Source of the DNA: Alphaproteobacteria bacterium
GTDB lineage: Bacteria; Pseudomonadota; Alphaproteobacteria; Micavibrionales; Micavibrionaceae
Assembly (NCBI GenBank): GCA_030147745.1
Contig: JASBUS010000042.1
Span: 10,836-74,835, forward strand
Length of the DNA stretch: 64,000 nucleotides
Direction of reading: 5' to 3'
Shown: positions 9,400 to 19,262 of the stretch, one piece after another
Numbering within the stretch: position 1 is the first letter of the stretch
Layout: every line of letters starts with the position of its first letter
Translations under genes and position numbers: made by a program
The notes under the pieces: model-generated
Database searches by the model: none
What the model saw: only the letters and a program-made list of their open reading frames with translations
Told to the model about the DNA's origin: nothing

Positions 9400-10053
9400 A
9401 TGACACATGAAGTTAAGTTACAGGATATGAATTGGCGTGCACGCTTGAGTGATTTATCGCTCTGGGGTGTGTTTATGGGCAATATGTTGTCGATTGTCAT
9501 GGCTTATGTTCAGGGCTGGTCGTTGTCGCAAATGATGTGGGTGTTCTGGGCGCAAAGTGTGTTTATTGGCGCGATAAACGTTGTGCGTATGTTGTCGTTA
9601 AAAGAATTTAGCACAGATGGCGTTCAGGTGAATGGCCGCCGTCCATCAGTAAGCGCTGGGACTAAATACCAAATGGCGACATTCTTCGCCTTTCATTTTG
9701 GGTTTTTCCATTTTGTGTATTTTTTCTTCCTATGGGAGCAGGGGCCCTTAACATCATTTGACCCGATGACGTTAATACTGGGCGGGCTTTGTGCCTTGGG
9801 CTTGTTTGGTGCGCATAGTTTCTCCTTTGTTCATAATTTAAGCCGCGATTTCCGCCATAAAGCGCCAAATATTGGCACAATTATGATGTATCCCTATTTG
9901 CGGATTCTTCCGCTACATATCACCATTATTTTTGGTAGTGGCTTTGGCGCGCCTGCGACATTGTTGTTCTTGATCCTCAAAACCGCGGCGGATTGCGGTA
10001 TGCATATGGTTGAGCATTACCTATTCCAGAAACCATCAAAAGAAACGGTTTAA
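9400..10053 (+). CDS. Hypothetical polytopic membrane protein
   Basis: 217 aa with multiple hydrophobic spans, divergent from the 6726-9294 operon. I am not confident of any family assignment. Confidence 0.5.
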   Translation: MTHEVKLQDMNWRARLSDLSLWGVFMGNMLSIVMAYVQGWSLSQMMWVFWAQSVFIGAINVVRMLSLKEFSTDGVQVNGRRPSVSAGTKYQMATFFAFHFGFFHFVYFFFLWEQGPLTSFDPMTLILGGLCALGLFGAHSFSFVHNLSRDFRHKAPNIGTIMMYPYLRILPLHITIIFGSGFGAPATLLFLILKTAADCGMHMVEHYLFQKPSKETV

Positions 10054-10110
10054 TCAGCTCTATCTATCTTGCTGATTCTGCTCGATTCATGTTGCTATGC
10101 AAAATAATAG

Positions 10111-10126
10111 TTGACTGGTTAGTCAA
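10111..10126. promoter_or_regulatory. Candidate TetR operator (palindrome TTGACTGGTTAGTCAA) upstream of tetR
   Basis: Inverted repeat 40 nt upstream of the TetR start. A near-identical palindrome recurs at 10799. Confidence 0.5.
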
Positions 10127-10165
10127 ATATAAGGCATCATAGAAGAGTAGAAAAGGAAAAGACTA

Positions 10166-10789
10166 ATGGGTAGACCATCACAAGGCACAAGAGAAAAGCT
10201 GATTGAAACTGCGCGCGAATTGATTTGGCGCGAAAGTTATAATGCGGTCAGCGTTGACGAGATTTGTAAAAAAGCTGACGTTAAAAAAGGCAGCTTTTAT
10301 CACTATTTCCCATCTAAGGCCGACCTTGCGGTCGAGGCGATGGATGCGGGTATGCAGGAAATGAAAGAATATTATGATGATATTTTTTCACCAACCCGCC
10401 CTGCGACAGAACGTTTTAGCCTTATGGCACGCCATGTTGTTGAGCATCAACGCGAAATTGCCACTGAATATGGTCATGTTTGTGGCTGTCCTTTCGCGGG
10501 TTTAGGCTCTGAAGTTGCGGGGCAGAATGAGATTATCTCCGAAAAAATCACCGATATTTGTGTCAAGAAATCGGCTTATTATACCAGTGCGCTGCGCGCG
10601 TTAATTGCCGAAGGTTTGGTTGACCCAATGATGGATGTCGAAGCCAAGGCCAATGAAATATTTGCCTTCATTGTTGGGCAATTGGTGATGGCGAAAATCT
10701 GGAATGATCTCGATTTTCTTGAAAAGAATTTGGAACGCGGCGTATTCGACCTAATTGGTTTGCGTATGCCCGTGAGCAAAGCGGTTTAA
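10166..10789 (+). CDS. TetR/AcrR-family transcriptional regulator
   Basis: N-terminal HTH (VSVDEICKKADVKKGSFYHYFPSKADL), 207 aa, immediately upstream of the RND operon. Confidence 0.85.
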   Translation: MGRPSQGTREKLIETARELIWRESYNAVSVDEICKKADVKKGSFYHYFPSKADLAVEAMDAGMQEMKEYYDDIFSPTRPATERFSLMARHVVEHQREIATEYGHVCGCPFAGLGSEVAGQNEIISEKITDICVKKSAYYTSALRALIAEGLVDPMMDVEAKANEIFAFIVGQLVMAKIWNDLDFLEKNLERGVFDLIGLRMPVSKAV

Positions 10790-10798
10790 GTGTAATAA

Positions 10799-10814
10799 TT
10801 GACCAGTTGGTCAA
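10799..10814. promoter_or_regulatory. Candidate TetR operator (palindrome TTGACCAGTTGGTCAA) upstream of the efflux operon
   Basis: Perfect 7+7 inverted repeat 30 nt upstream of the adaptor gene. It shares TTGAC..GT..GTCAA with the 10111 site. Confidence 0.5.
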
Positions 10815-10843
10815 AGCTAATATCAGCTACATAGAGAGTAAAG

Positions 10844-12004
10844 ATGAAAAAATCAGTTTTAAAATATACGGTCGCAGCGCTGCTTTTAGGCGGAACTTCA
10901 TGGGTCGGCTATAATTATATTGATGGGCATATGCATCCGGCTGAAGCCGCAAGTGACGCGGCAGCAATGCCTGCCGCCATGGCAATGCCCGTCGATGTTG
11001 TTGTGATCGCGCCTGAGGCCGTAGAGATTTGGAAGAATTTTTCTGGCCATGTTGTTGCGGTTGATCATGCGGATATCCGCCCACAAGTCAGCGGACGCAT
11101 TCACGAAATTCATTTTGATAATGGCCAGCATGTCGAAAAAGGCGATTTGTTAATGGTCATTGATCCGCGCCCATATGAAGCGCGCGTGAACCAAGCAAAA
11201 GCAGCCTTACAAGCGGCAGAGACCCAAGCGAATTTGGCAGAAAAAGAATATCAACGTGCGAAGAAATTGATCAATTCAGATGCTATTTCACAAAGCATGT
11301 TAGATGAGCGCGTTAATAACCGTGAAGCCGCCGCGGCAGAGGTCGCAGGTGCAAAGGCCGCCGTGGAAAGCGCAGAGATTGATTTGGACTATGCATTTGT
11401 CAAAGCGCCCATTTCAGGCAAAATCAGCCGCGCCGAAATTACCGAAGGCAATTTGGTGCAAGCGGGTGCAAATGCACCTGTACTGACCTCAATCGTGGCC
11501 GATGATAAAGTCTATGTCGATTTCGAAGTTGATGAGCGCACCTATATTGAATCAGTCCGTAGCACCAAAGATAAAGGCCTAACCGAAATTCCTGTCCGCG
11601 TGAAAACAATCGGTGCAGATGCGGAATATCAAGGCACAGTACAAAGCTTTGACAACCATATTGATACAGCGACGGGCACAGTCCGCGCCCGCGCCATTTT
11701 CGAAAATCAAGATGGTGTCTTGTTGCCAGGTATGTCTGTCACCGTATTGATGGGGACAGCCAATGGCGATGACAAAATTTTGGTAACTGAACGCGCAATT
11801 GGCACAGACCAAGACCGTAAATTTGTTTATGTCGTTGGCGATGATAACACCGCGCAATATCGCGAAGTGAAAATCGGTGACGCGGTAAGCGGGCAGCGTG
11901 TGATCCTCTCGGGTCTTGAAGCAGGTGAAACGATTATCTCAGGTGGCATTGTTCGCATACGTCCAGGCATTCCTGTCGCGCCAAAAGCCGCAGCAGCGGA
12001 ATAA
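10844..12004 (+). CDS. RND efflux periplasmic adaptor (membrane fusion protein)
   Basis: 386 aa with an N-terminal anchor, a coiled-coil hairpin (QAKAALQAAETQANLAEKEYQRAKKL) and a lipoyl/beta-barrel pattern. It lies upstream of the RND pump. Confidence 0.85.
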   Translation: MKKSVLKYTVAALLLGGTSWVGYNYIDGHMHPAEAASDAAAMPAAMAMPVDVVVIAPEAVEIWKNFSGHVVAVDHADIRPQVSGRIHEIHFDNGQHVEKGDLLMVIDPRPYEARVNQAKAALQAAETQANLAEKEYQRAKKLINSDAISQSMLDERVNNREAAAAEVAGAKAAVESAEIDLDYAFVKAPISGKISRAEITEGNLVQAGANAPVLTSIVADDKVYVDFEVDERTYIESVRSTKDKGLTEIPVRVKTIGADAEYQGTVQSFDNHIDTATGTVRARAIFENQDGVLLPGMSVTVLMGTANGDDKILVTERAIGTDQDRKFVYVVGDDNTAQYREVKIGDAVSGQRVILSGLEAGETIISGGIVRIRPGIPVAPKAAAAE

Positions 12005-12042
12005 GTGAAGACTAGATAAGTATTTAAAGAAAGATCTATCAA

Positions 12043-15000
12043 ATGAATCTATCCAGCCATTTTATCGACCGGCCGATTTTTGCCGGCGTGATCTCGTTCA
12101 TGATTTTCCTGCTTGGCGGCATTGCACTATTTCAATTGCCAATCTCTGAATATCCTGAAGTAACGCCGCCATCAATCCAGATTTCGGCAAGTTTTCCAGG
12201 TGCGAACCCTGCAACGATTGCGGAAACAGTCGCAACCCCGCTTGAAGAGCAAATTAGCGGCGTGGAAGACATGCTTTATATGAATTCCTTGGCGACTGCG
12301 GATGGTAATTTGTCGATGAGCGTTACTTTCGCGATTGGTACAGATGTTGACTTGGCGCAGCAACTTGTCCAAAACCGCGTATCACAGGCGCTTCCGCGTC
12401 TGCCAGAGGTTACACGTAACCTTGGCGTAACGGTGTTTAAAAGCTCCCCCGACTTGACCATGGTGGTGCACTTAACGTCCCCAAATTCACGTTATGATAT
12501 GCTTTACTTGCGTAACTATGGCACGTTGAATATCAAAGATCAGCTTGCCAAAATTAACGGGGTTGGACAGGTGCGCCTGTTCGGTTCTGGTGATTATGCG
12601 ATGCGCGTCTGGTTAAACCCAGACCGTATTGCGGAACGTGGCCTGCGCGCAGAAGACGTGATTAGCGCCATCCGTAGCCAGAATATTCAAGTGGCCGCAG
12701 GTGTTATCGGTGGCCCGCCTTATGATGACCAAACCGAAGTGCAATTGCCAGTGAACGTCCAAGGCCGTTTAACCACAGCCGAAGAATTTGAAGATATTAT
12801 CATCAAACGTGATGATAAAGGCGTCGTAACGCGCCTGCGTGATGTGGCGCGCGCTGAACTTGATGCGCAAAGCTATTCACTACGTTCAATGCTGAATAAT
12901 GAACCTGCCGTGGCGATTCCAATTTTCGCTGCGCCAGATGCCAATGCGCTAGAGCTTTCAGCTAATGTACGTAAAACGATGGAAGAGCTTAAAAAGTCAT
13001 TCCCTGAAGATGTTGATTATAGCATTGTCTATGACCCGACTGTCTTCGTGCAGCACTCAATTGATGCCGTAATCCATACCTTGATCGAAGCGGTATTGTT
13101 GGTGGTGATCGTCGTGATCGTCTTCCTTCAAACATGGCGCGCCTCGCTTATCCCGTTATTAGCGGTACCAGTATCGATTGTCGGGACATTCGCCATCATG
13201 TTGCTGCTTGGCTTCTCAATCAACGTATTGTCGCTTTTTGGTTTGATCTTGTCGGTCGGTATCGTGGTTGATGATGCGATTGTTGTAGTCGAGAATGTTG
13301 AACGTAACATCGAAGAAGGCAAAAAACCGCGTGAAGCAACCATTCAGGCGATGAAAGAAGTGACAGGCCCGATTATTGCGACGTCACTTGTGATCGCGGG
13401 TGTATTCGTACCGCTTGCGTTTATTAGTGGTCTGACAGGCATGTTCTATAAACAATTTGCCTTAACCATCGTGATTGCAACCTTCATTTCGATGATTAAC
13501 TCTTTGACCTTAAGCCCTGCTTTGTCAGCGATGCTGTTAAAGCCACGTGAAGAGCAAAAAGATTGGCTGACCCGCGTTATGGACTTTGGGCTTGGCTGGT
13601 TCTTTAAACTCTTCAATAAAGGCTTTGGTAAATCGCAGCGTGGTTATGCCAAGGGTGTTGGGCTCTTTACCCGCCGCCGTGCGTTGTTGATGGTTGTTTA
13701 TGCCGCTTTGGTTGGCGCAACTTATTTCAGCTTTGGCCTTGTACCAAAAGGTTTCGTGCCGGCGCAGGATAAACAATATTTGATCGCCTTTGCACAATTG
13801 CCATCAGGTGCAACACTTGAGCGTACAGAAGAAGTGATGCGCAAAATGGGTGAAATTGCCTTGGCCGAAAAAGGTGTGGCGAACGCCGTACAATTCCCAG
13901 GTCTTTCGGTGAATGGTTTTGTGAACTCATCTAGCGCAGGTATTGTCTTTGTACCACTTGATGATTTTGATGAACGCGCATCACATGAATTAAGTGCGAG
14001 CGCAATCGCTGGTCGCCTTCAGCAGAAATTTGGTGCAATCGAAGAGGCCTTTATTGCGATTTTCCCGCCGCCTCCCGTAAATGGTATCGGGACGACAGGT
14101 GGTTTCAAATTGCAAATCGAAGACCGCACCAATTTAGGTTACCAAGCCCTTGATAACATCGTTAAGGAAGTGGTGGGTAAAGCATGGGCTGATCCTGCGT
14201 TAACAGGCGTATATTCGAATTACAATATCTCTGTTCCGCAGTTATTTGCTGATCTTGACCGTACCAAAGCGCAGCAGCTTGGTATCCCGATTGATGAAGT
14301 TTTCCGTGCGATGCAAATCTATTTGGGCTCAATCTATGTCAATGACTTTAACCAGTTTGGGCGTACCTATCAAGTTGTGGCACAGGCGGATAAGTCTTTC
14401 CGTGCTGAACCGCAAGACATTGCGCGCCTTCAAGTGCGTAACTATGATGGCCAAATGGTGCCGCTCGGGACGGTTATTGAGGTGAAGGAAACTTTCGGCC
14501 CTGAGATTGCCTCGCGCTATAACGCCTTCCGTTCTGCGGATATTAATGGTGATGCTGCGCCGGGTTATTCATCAGGTGAAGCACAAGCTGCAATCTCTAA
14601 AATCCTTGATGAAACCTTGCCGCAAGGTGTGGAATATGAATGGACGGAATTGACCTATCAAGAGATCTTAGCCGGCAATACAGCCATCTTTATCTTCCCG
14701 CTGTGTATTTTCTTTGTGTTCTTGGTTTTGGCTGCACAATATGAAAGTCTGGCTTTGCCTATGGCGGTGATTTTGATTGTCCCAATGGCGATTTTGTCAG
14801 CCTTGCTCGGCATCCATTTCACAGGTGGTGACAACAACATCTTCACGCAAATCAGCCTCTTCGTCCTTGCCGGATTAGCCTGTAAGAACGCGATTTTGAT
14901 TGTTGAATTTGCCCGCGAATTGGAACATGAAGGCATGGAACTTATCGCCGCGGCGAAAGAAGCTGCGCGCCTTCGTCTCCGTCCAATTTTGATGACGTCT

Positions 15001-15213
15001 TTTGCCTTCATCATGGGCGTGTTACCATTGGCGTTAAGCCACGGCGCGGGCGCTGAAATGCGTCAGGCCATCGGTATCGCGGTATTCTCGGGCATGCTTG
15101 GTGTCACCTTCTTTGGTTTGATCTTTACGCCGGTCTTCTATGTGATCTGCCGTAAGATTGAAATGAAATTTAAAGGCGGTAATTCTGCCGTCGAAGCTGC
15201 GGGAGCAGAATGA
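12043..15213 (+). CDS. RND multidrug efflux permease (AcrB/MexB family)
   Basis: 1056 aa with the N-terminus MNLSSHFIDRPIFA, a 12-TM layout and two large periplasmic loops. Confidence 0.9.
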   Translation: MNLSSHFIDRPIFAGVISFMIFLLGGIALFQLPISEYPEVTPPSIQISASFPGANPATIAETVATPLEEQISGVEDMLYMNSLATADGNLSMSVTFAIGTDVDLAQQLVQNRVSQALPRLPEVTRNLGVTVFKSSPDLTMVVHLTSPNSRYDMLYLRNYGTLNIKDQLAKINGVGQVRLFGSGDYAMRVWLNPDRIAERGLRAEDVISAIRSQNIQVAAGVIGGPPYDDQTEVQLPVNVQGRLTTAEEFEDIIIKRDDKGVVTRLRDVARAELDAQSYSLRSMLNNEPAVAIPIFAAPDANALELSANVRKTMEELKKSFPEDVDYSIVYDPTVFVQHSIDAVIHTLIEAVLLVVIVVIVFLQTWRASLIPLLAVPVSIVGTFAIMLLLGFSINVLSLFGLILSVGIVVDDAIVVVENVERNIEEGKKPREATIQAMKEVTGPIIATSLVIAGVFVPLAFISGLTGMFYKQFALTIVIATFISMINSLTLSPALSAMLLKPREEQKDWLTRVMDFGLGWFFKLFNKGFGKSQRGYAKGVGLFTRRRALLMVVYAALVGATYFSFGLVPKGFVPAQDKQYLIAFAQLPSGATLERTEEVMRKMGEIALAEKGVANAVQFPGLSVNGFVNSSSAGIVFVPLDDFDERASHELSASAIAGRLQQKFGAIEEAFIAIFPPPPVNGIGTTGGFKLQIEDRTNLGYQALDNIVKEVVGKAWADPALTGVYSNYNISVPQLFADLDRTKAQQLGIPIDEVFRAMQIYLGSIYVNDFNQFGRTYQVVAQADKSFRAEPQDIARLQVRNYDGQMVPLGTVIEVKETFGPEIASRYNAFRSADINGDAAPGYSSGEAQAAISKILDETLPQGVEYEWTELTYQEILAGNTAIFIFPLCIFFVFLVLAAQYESLALPMAVILIVPMAILSALLGIHFTGGDNNIFTQISLFVLAGLACKNAILIVEFARELEHEGMELIAAAKEAARLRLRPILMTSFAFIMGVLPLALSHGAGAEMRQAIGIAVFSGMLGVTFFGLIFTPVFYVICRKIEMKFKGGNSAVEAAGAE

Positions 15214-15214
15214 T

Positions 15215-16582
15215 ATGATAAAAAATCTTGTCTTATTCTCAACAATGCTGACTTTGTCTGGCTGTGGCTTGGTTGCCGAAAATTATGATTTGTCTTTTTC
15301 AAAATTGACGAATTGGCAGAGCGACCAAACTGCACCAATCGCACAGGTCGAAGCCGCAAGTTTAAAAGAATGGTGGTTAAAATTTAACGACCCAACCCTT
15401 GATAAGCTTGTCGCGCAGGCCATGACGGATAGCCCAGATCGTTTAATCGCTGAGGCACGCATTGCGGAAGCACGCGGCCTAAGACGTTCGGCGCGTGGCG
15501 GTTTATTGCCGCAAATCAGCGCATCGGGTTCAGGCGGGCGTGAAGATACAGGGCTTTATGATAACCTCTATCCAGATAACTTCTTTGATGCGGGTTTTGA
15601 TGCGTCATTCGAGCTTGATGTCTTCGGGAAAAACCGTAACAATTTCAGCGCATCGGATAACCAGCTCCGCGCCGCGGAACAGCAATATCGCGATGTGACG
15701 CTGACATTGGTTGCGGATATCACGCGCAATTATATTGAATATCGCGCCGCGCAGCACCAATTACGTATTGCGCAGAAAAACCTGACCGCGCAGGAAAAAA
15801 CACTGACCTTGATCGAAGATATGTTCCGCCTTGGCGCTGCGCCAAAGCTGGATGTTGAACGTGCGAAAAATTTGGTTAATACAACGCGCGCCTCCTTGCC
15901 TGAATATGAACGTCAGGCCGATAATGCCCGCCTTGCTTTGACGGTATTGGTCGGTGCATTACCGCAGGATCTCGCGCCGCTTTTGGCTGAAGAAGCGGTT
16001 ATTCCAGGGACATCAATTGCGCCTGTATTGATTGCGCCAGCTGAAGTCCTCACGCGCCGTCCCGATGTGCAGGCCGCTGCGCATTTACTTGCCGCAAATA
16101 CCGACTTAACGCAGGCTGCTGCGGCGGATATCTTCCCAAGCTTCACGCTGCGTGGTTTCTACGGCATTGCGGATAATGCGATTGGTGGTTCTATTGCGCC
16201 ATGGAATATTGCTTTGGGTGCGGCGGTGTCTTTGCTTGATTTCGGCCGTATTGAAGGCCGCGTTGATGCCGCGAAAGCGCGCGAAAAACAAGCCTTTGAA
16301 CAATATCGCAAAACCGTGCTTAGCGCCGTTAGTGAAGTTGAAACGGCACTGACCGATTATATTCACATTAATGGGCAGCATCAGTCTTTGGAACAAGCGT
16401 ATCAAAGCGCGTATCAGGCTTTTGAACTGTCACAAACCCTTTATAAAGAAGGTGAGATTGCCTTCCTTGATGTATTGGATGCGCAGCGCACCGTCAATAA
16501 TGCGGAATCGTCAATGGTTGCCGCCAAAGCATCAGAGGCGGTCGCACTCGCCCGCCTCTATAAAGCTTTAGGGGTTTACTAA
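15215..16582 (+). CDS. RND efflux outer membrane factor lipoprotein (NodT/OprM family)
   Basis: Lipobox LTLSGC, 455 aa, TolC-like duplicated helical repeats. It starts 2 nt after the pump stop. Confidence 0.85.
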   Translation: MIKNLVLFSTMLTLSGCGLVAENYDLSFSKLTNWQSDQTAPIAQVEAASLKEWWLKFNDPTLDKLVAQAMTDSPDRLIAEARIAEARGLRRSARGGLLPQISASGSGGREDTGLYDNLYPDNFFDAGFDASFELDVFGKNRNNFSASDNQLRAAEQQYRDVTLTLVADITRNYIEYRAAQHQLRIAQKNLTAQEKTLTLIEDMFRLGAAPKLDVERAKNLVNTTRASLPEYERQADNARLALTVLVGALPQDLAPLLAEEAVIPGTSIAPVLIAPAEVLTRRPDVQAAAHLLAANTDLTQAAAADIFPSFTLRGFYGIADNAIGGSIAPWNIALGAAVSLLDFGRIEGRVDAAKAREKQAFEQYRKTVLSAVSEVETALTDYIHINGQHQSLEQAYQSAYQAFELSQTLYKEGEIAFLDVLDAQRTVNNAESSMVAAKASEAVALARLYKALGVY

Positions 16583-16597
16583 GTTAAACCTTAATGA

Positions 16598-18370
16598 TTA
16601 TTCAGCAGCAAGGCGCTCCTCATAGGCTTCATGTTCAGCCTCAGGGGCGCTTTCTGTTTCTGGGCCGCCCTCATTCTCAATACTGCTGAGGAATTCCTCA
16701 ACGGAGCTTTTTAAACGGTCAGACAGGCTCGCCAAATCATTTGCCGCGCCTAAGACGCCATCGGCTGAATGGCCAGTTTCACGCGCGCCATTTTCAACGC
16801 TGATGATGGTCTCAGCAACGTTATTCACGCTTTGTGATGCATCAGATACGCTGCGTGAAATCTCCATATTCGCGGCGTTTTGCTCTTCTGCGGCGGCGGA
16901 TACGGTGGTAATCGCATCATCAATTTCTGAAATATTGCCAATGATATGCTGCATCGCTTCAACTGATAATTTGGTCGCATGTTGAATTTGTGAAATTTGC
17001 TCTTCAATCTCATTGGTTTTTTGACTGGTTTCGGTCGCAAGTTTTTTAACTTCATCCGCAACAACGGCAAAGCCTTTACCTGCATCACCGGCGCGCGCCG
17101 CCTCAATCGTCGCGTTCAGGGCAAGCAAGTTGGTTTGCTCCGCAATATCGCGGATTGACCAGATAATCTCGCCAATTTGCGTGGCGAGCACATCCAAGTT
17201 CTCAACGGTTGCGTTTGCTTCACGTGCGCGGTGTGCCGTATCATTTGAACGGGTGCGCGTATTATTAATCTGCGCTGCAATCTCGGCGCTGCTGGCGCTC
17301 AGCTCTTCAATCGCTGAGGCTACGCTATTCACATTTGTATTCGCTTGGTCAGATGACGCGGCCACGGCTTTAGATGAGCCCGCAGTGTCATCAGCCACAT
17401 TGCGCATGGTCTGCGCCGTTGCTTGCAGTTCCGTCGCGGCGGAGGCCAATGTGCCAATCATGCTGCCGACTTGATCATCAAAGCGGCGGGCGAGCGCTAA
17501 AGTCGCTTGACGTTTTTCAATCTCGGCCTGTTTTTTAAGTTCTTTTTGTTTTTCTTCTAAGGCACGCGCGGCGGATAATTTTTGGTTCAAATTCTCTAAG
17601 GCTTTCGCCATGCCGCCAATTTCATCGCTGCGGTCTTGGTCTTCAACCGTGATGCTCTGGCCTTGCGCCAAGACCGCCATATCATTTGAAATACGCTGAA
17701 GCGGCAATTTAATATTACGGCTAATCACAACGCTGCTGCCCAGAAGCACAGTAATAAAGGCCAGAATAGTCAATGCGACTTTGATTGAAGCTTCCATGAA
17801 GGCGCTGTTGACGTCATCAATATAAATGCCTGAACCAATCACCCAGCCCCATTCAGGCACAAGTTTCACATAGGAAACTTTCGGGAAGGTTTTATCTGCA
17901 TCTTCGCCTTGTTTTGACCATTGATAATGGACAATACCTTCACCTGATTTTCGGGCGACATCAGCCATTTCAACGAATAAATGTTTGCCAGTCGGGTCTT
18001 TGTTTTCGGTCAAATCTTTACCGTTTAGCTCGGCCTTAATCGGGTGCATCACCATGCGCGGGTACAAATCATTAATCCAAAAATAATTATTGCCATCATA
18101 GCGCATATGGTTAACTGCCGCCTTAGCAAGGTTTTGCGCCTCGTCGCGGCTTAACTTTCCGGCTTTTTCTTCCTGCACATAACGGTCAATCGCGCTATAG
18201 GCGAGCTCCACCACAGACTGTGTTTTGGCGCTACGGTCATCGAACATGGTGTTTTTATTTTGCACCAATAACAATGCCGCGATAATCACCATCGCCGTAA
18301 TTGAACATGTAATTAAAATATTGAGTTTTTTACCGACAGAAATATTACTGAGTTTAAAGATTCTACCCAT
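16598..18370 (-). CDS. Methyl-accepting chemotaxis protein with a periplasmic single-Cache sensor
   Basis: Cache_2-like motif [25 protein letters not shown], a HAMP region, and the signalling hairpin [35 protein letters not shown]. Confidence 0.9.
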   Translation of the reverse strand: MGRIFKLSNISVGKKLNILITCSITAMVIIAALLLVQNKNTMFDDRSAKTQSVVELAYSAIDRYVQEEKAGKLSRDEAQNLAKAAVNHMRYDGNNYFWINDLYPRMVMHPIKAELNGKDLTENKDPTGKHLFVEMADVARKSGEGIVHYQWSKQGEDADKTFPKVSYVKLVPEWGWVIGSGIYIDDVNSAFMEASIKVALTILAFITVLLGSSVVISRNIKLPLQRISNDMAVLAQGQSITVEDQDRSDEIGGMAKALENLNQKLSAARALEEKQKELKKQAEIEKRQATLALARRFDDQVGSMIGTLASAATELQATAQTMRNVADDTAGSSKAVAASSDQANTNVNSVASAIEELSASSAEIAAQINNTRTRSNDTAHRAREANATVENLDVLATQIGEIIWSIRDIAEQTNLLALNATIEAARAGDAGKGFAVVADEVKKLATETSQKTNEIEEQISQIQHATKLSVEAMQHIIGNISEIDDAITTVSAAAEEQNAANMEISRSVSDASQSVNNVAETIISVENGARETGHSADGVLGAANDLASLSDRLKSSVEEFLSSIENEGGPETESAPEAEHEAYEERLAAE

Positions 18371-18497
18371 AATGACCTTCTTTAAAAAATATAAAAATTG
18401 AATAAAAATAATATATTAAAGTATATATATTACTATTTTCGCATATATAAATGAATAAAGACTTAATTGGTCTGATATGAAGGCTGCGCGTGTATGA

Positions 18498-19097
18498 TCA
18501 CTGCACCAAATTAGGGTCGATGCCAAGGCTCTCAATCAAGTGGTAATAGGCCCAGATAATCAACATAATAAAGGCAAGCAAGGCCAATAATTGATATTTA
18601 AAACCATGCTTATGCAGCAAGGCGCGGTCTTTATGGGCGAGCACATCAAACATTTCATCGCCGAAACGTACGGATAAAAATGTGCCAATCCCGCAAAGGC
18701 CGATAATGCTCCAGTCTGGCCAAGGTGTGGTCAGGATTTTATAAAGGAGTGAGGTGAGAAAGCTTTTCTGATAATCCTCAGCTGCAAATATCAAGGCGGC
18801 GATATTGAGGCTAATCGCAATCCCCCAAACCAGCATTTCGCAATAAAACATTTTGATGCCGCTAATCAGCCGCACCGGAAAATCGAGCAAAAACCCTGCA
18901 TCTGCCACCGGCGTACAGAGCACAAAAAAGCTCCATGTCAGCGCGGCGACCAATCCCCCTGTCGCAAGCCCATATTCATGGCTCAAATACAAAAAATACC
19001 CAACAAGCACCACCAAAAGCAGCAAAAACTTAATCAAACTTTCGCGCTTTAAGGGGTGTTTTAATATGTGATGTAAATTGATCTTATGCAACGTCAT
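18498..19097 (-). CDS. Hypothetical polytopic membrane protein
   Basis: 199 aa with 5-6 hydrophobic spans. I recognise no family. Confidence 0.45.
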   Translation of the reverse strand: MTLHKINLHHILKHPLKRESLIKFLLLLVVLVGYFLYLSHEYGLATGGLVAALTWSFFVLCTPVADAGFLLDFPVRLISGIKMFYCEMLVWGIAISLNIAALIFAAEDYQKSFLTSLLYKILTTPWPDWSIIGLCGIGTFLSVRFGDEMFDVLAHKDRALLHKHGFKYQLLALLAFIMLIIWAYYHLIESLGIDPNLVQ

Positions 19098-19262
19098 AAC
19101 CCCATCTTAAACCCCACAAGCTATCAGCGCAATACAGCCAATAAGGTAAACAATAAATTGTGTATAGCCTTGTTCCATCAGTTTATATCCCCTTAATCAT
19201 ATGATTAAATTAGCCTGCCTAAAAGTTTACAAAAAACAGCGCACATCTAAGGAGCAAGGGAA

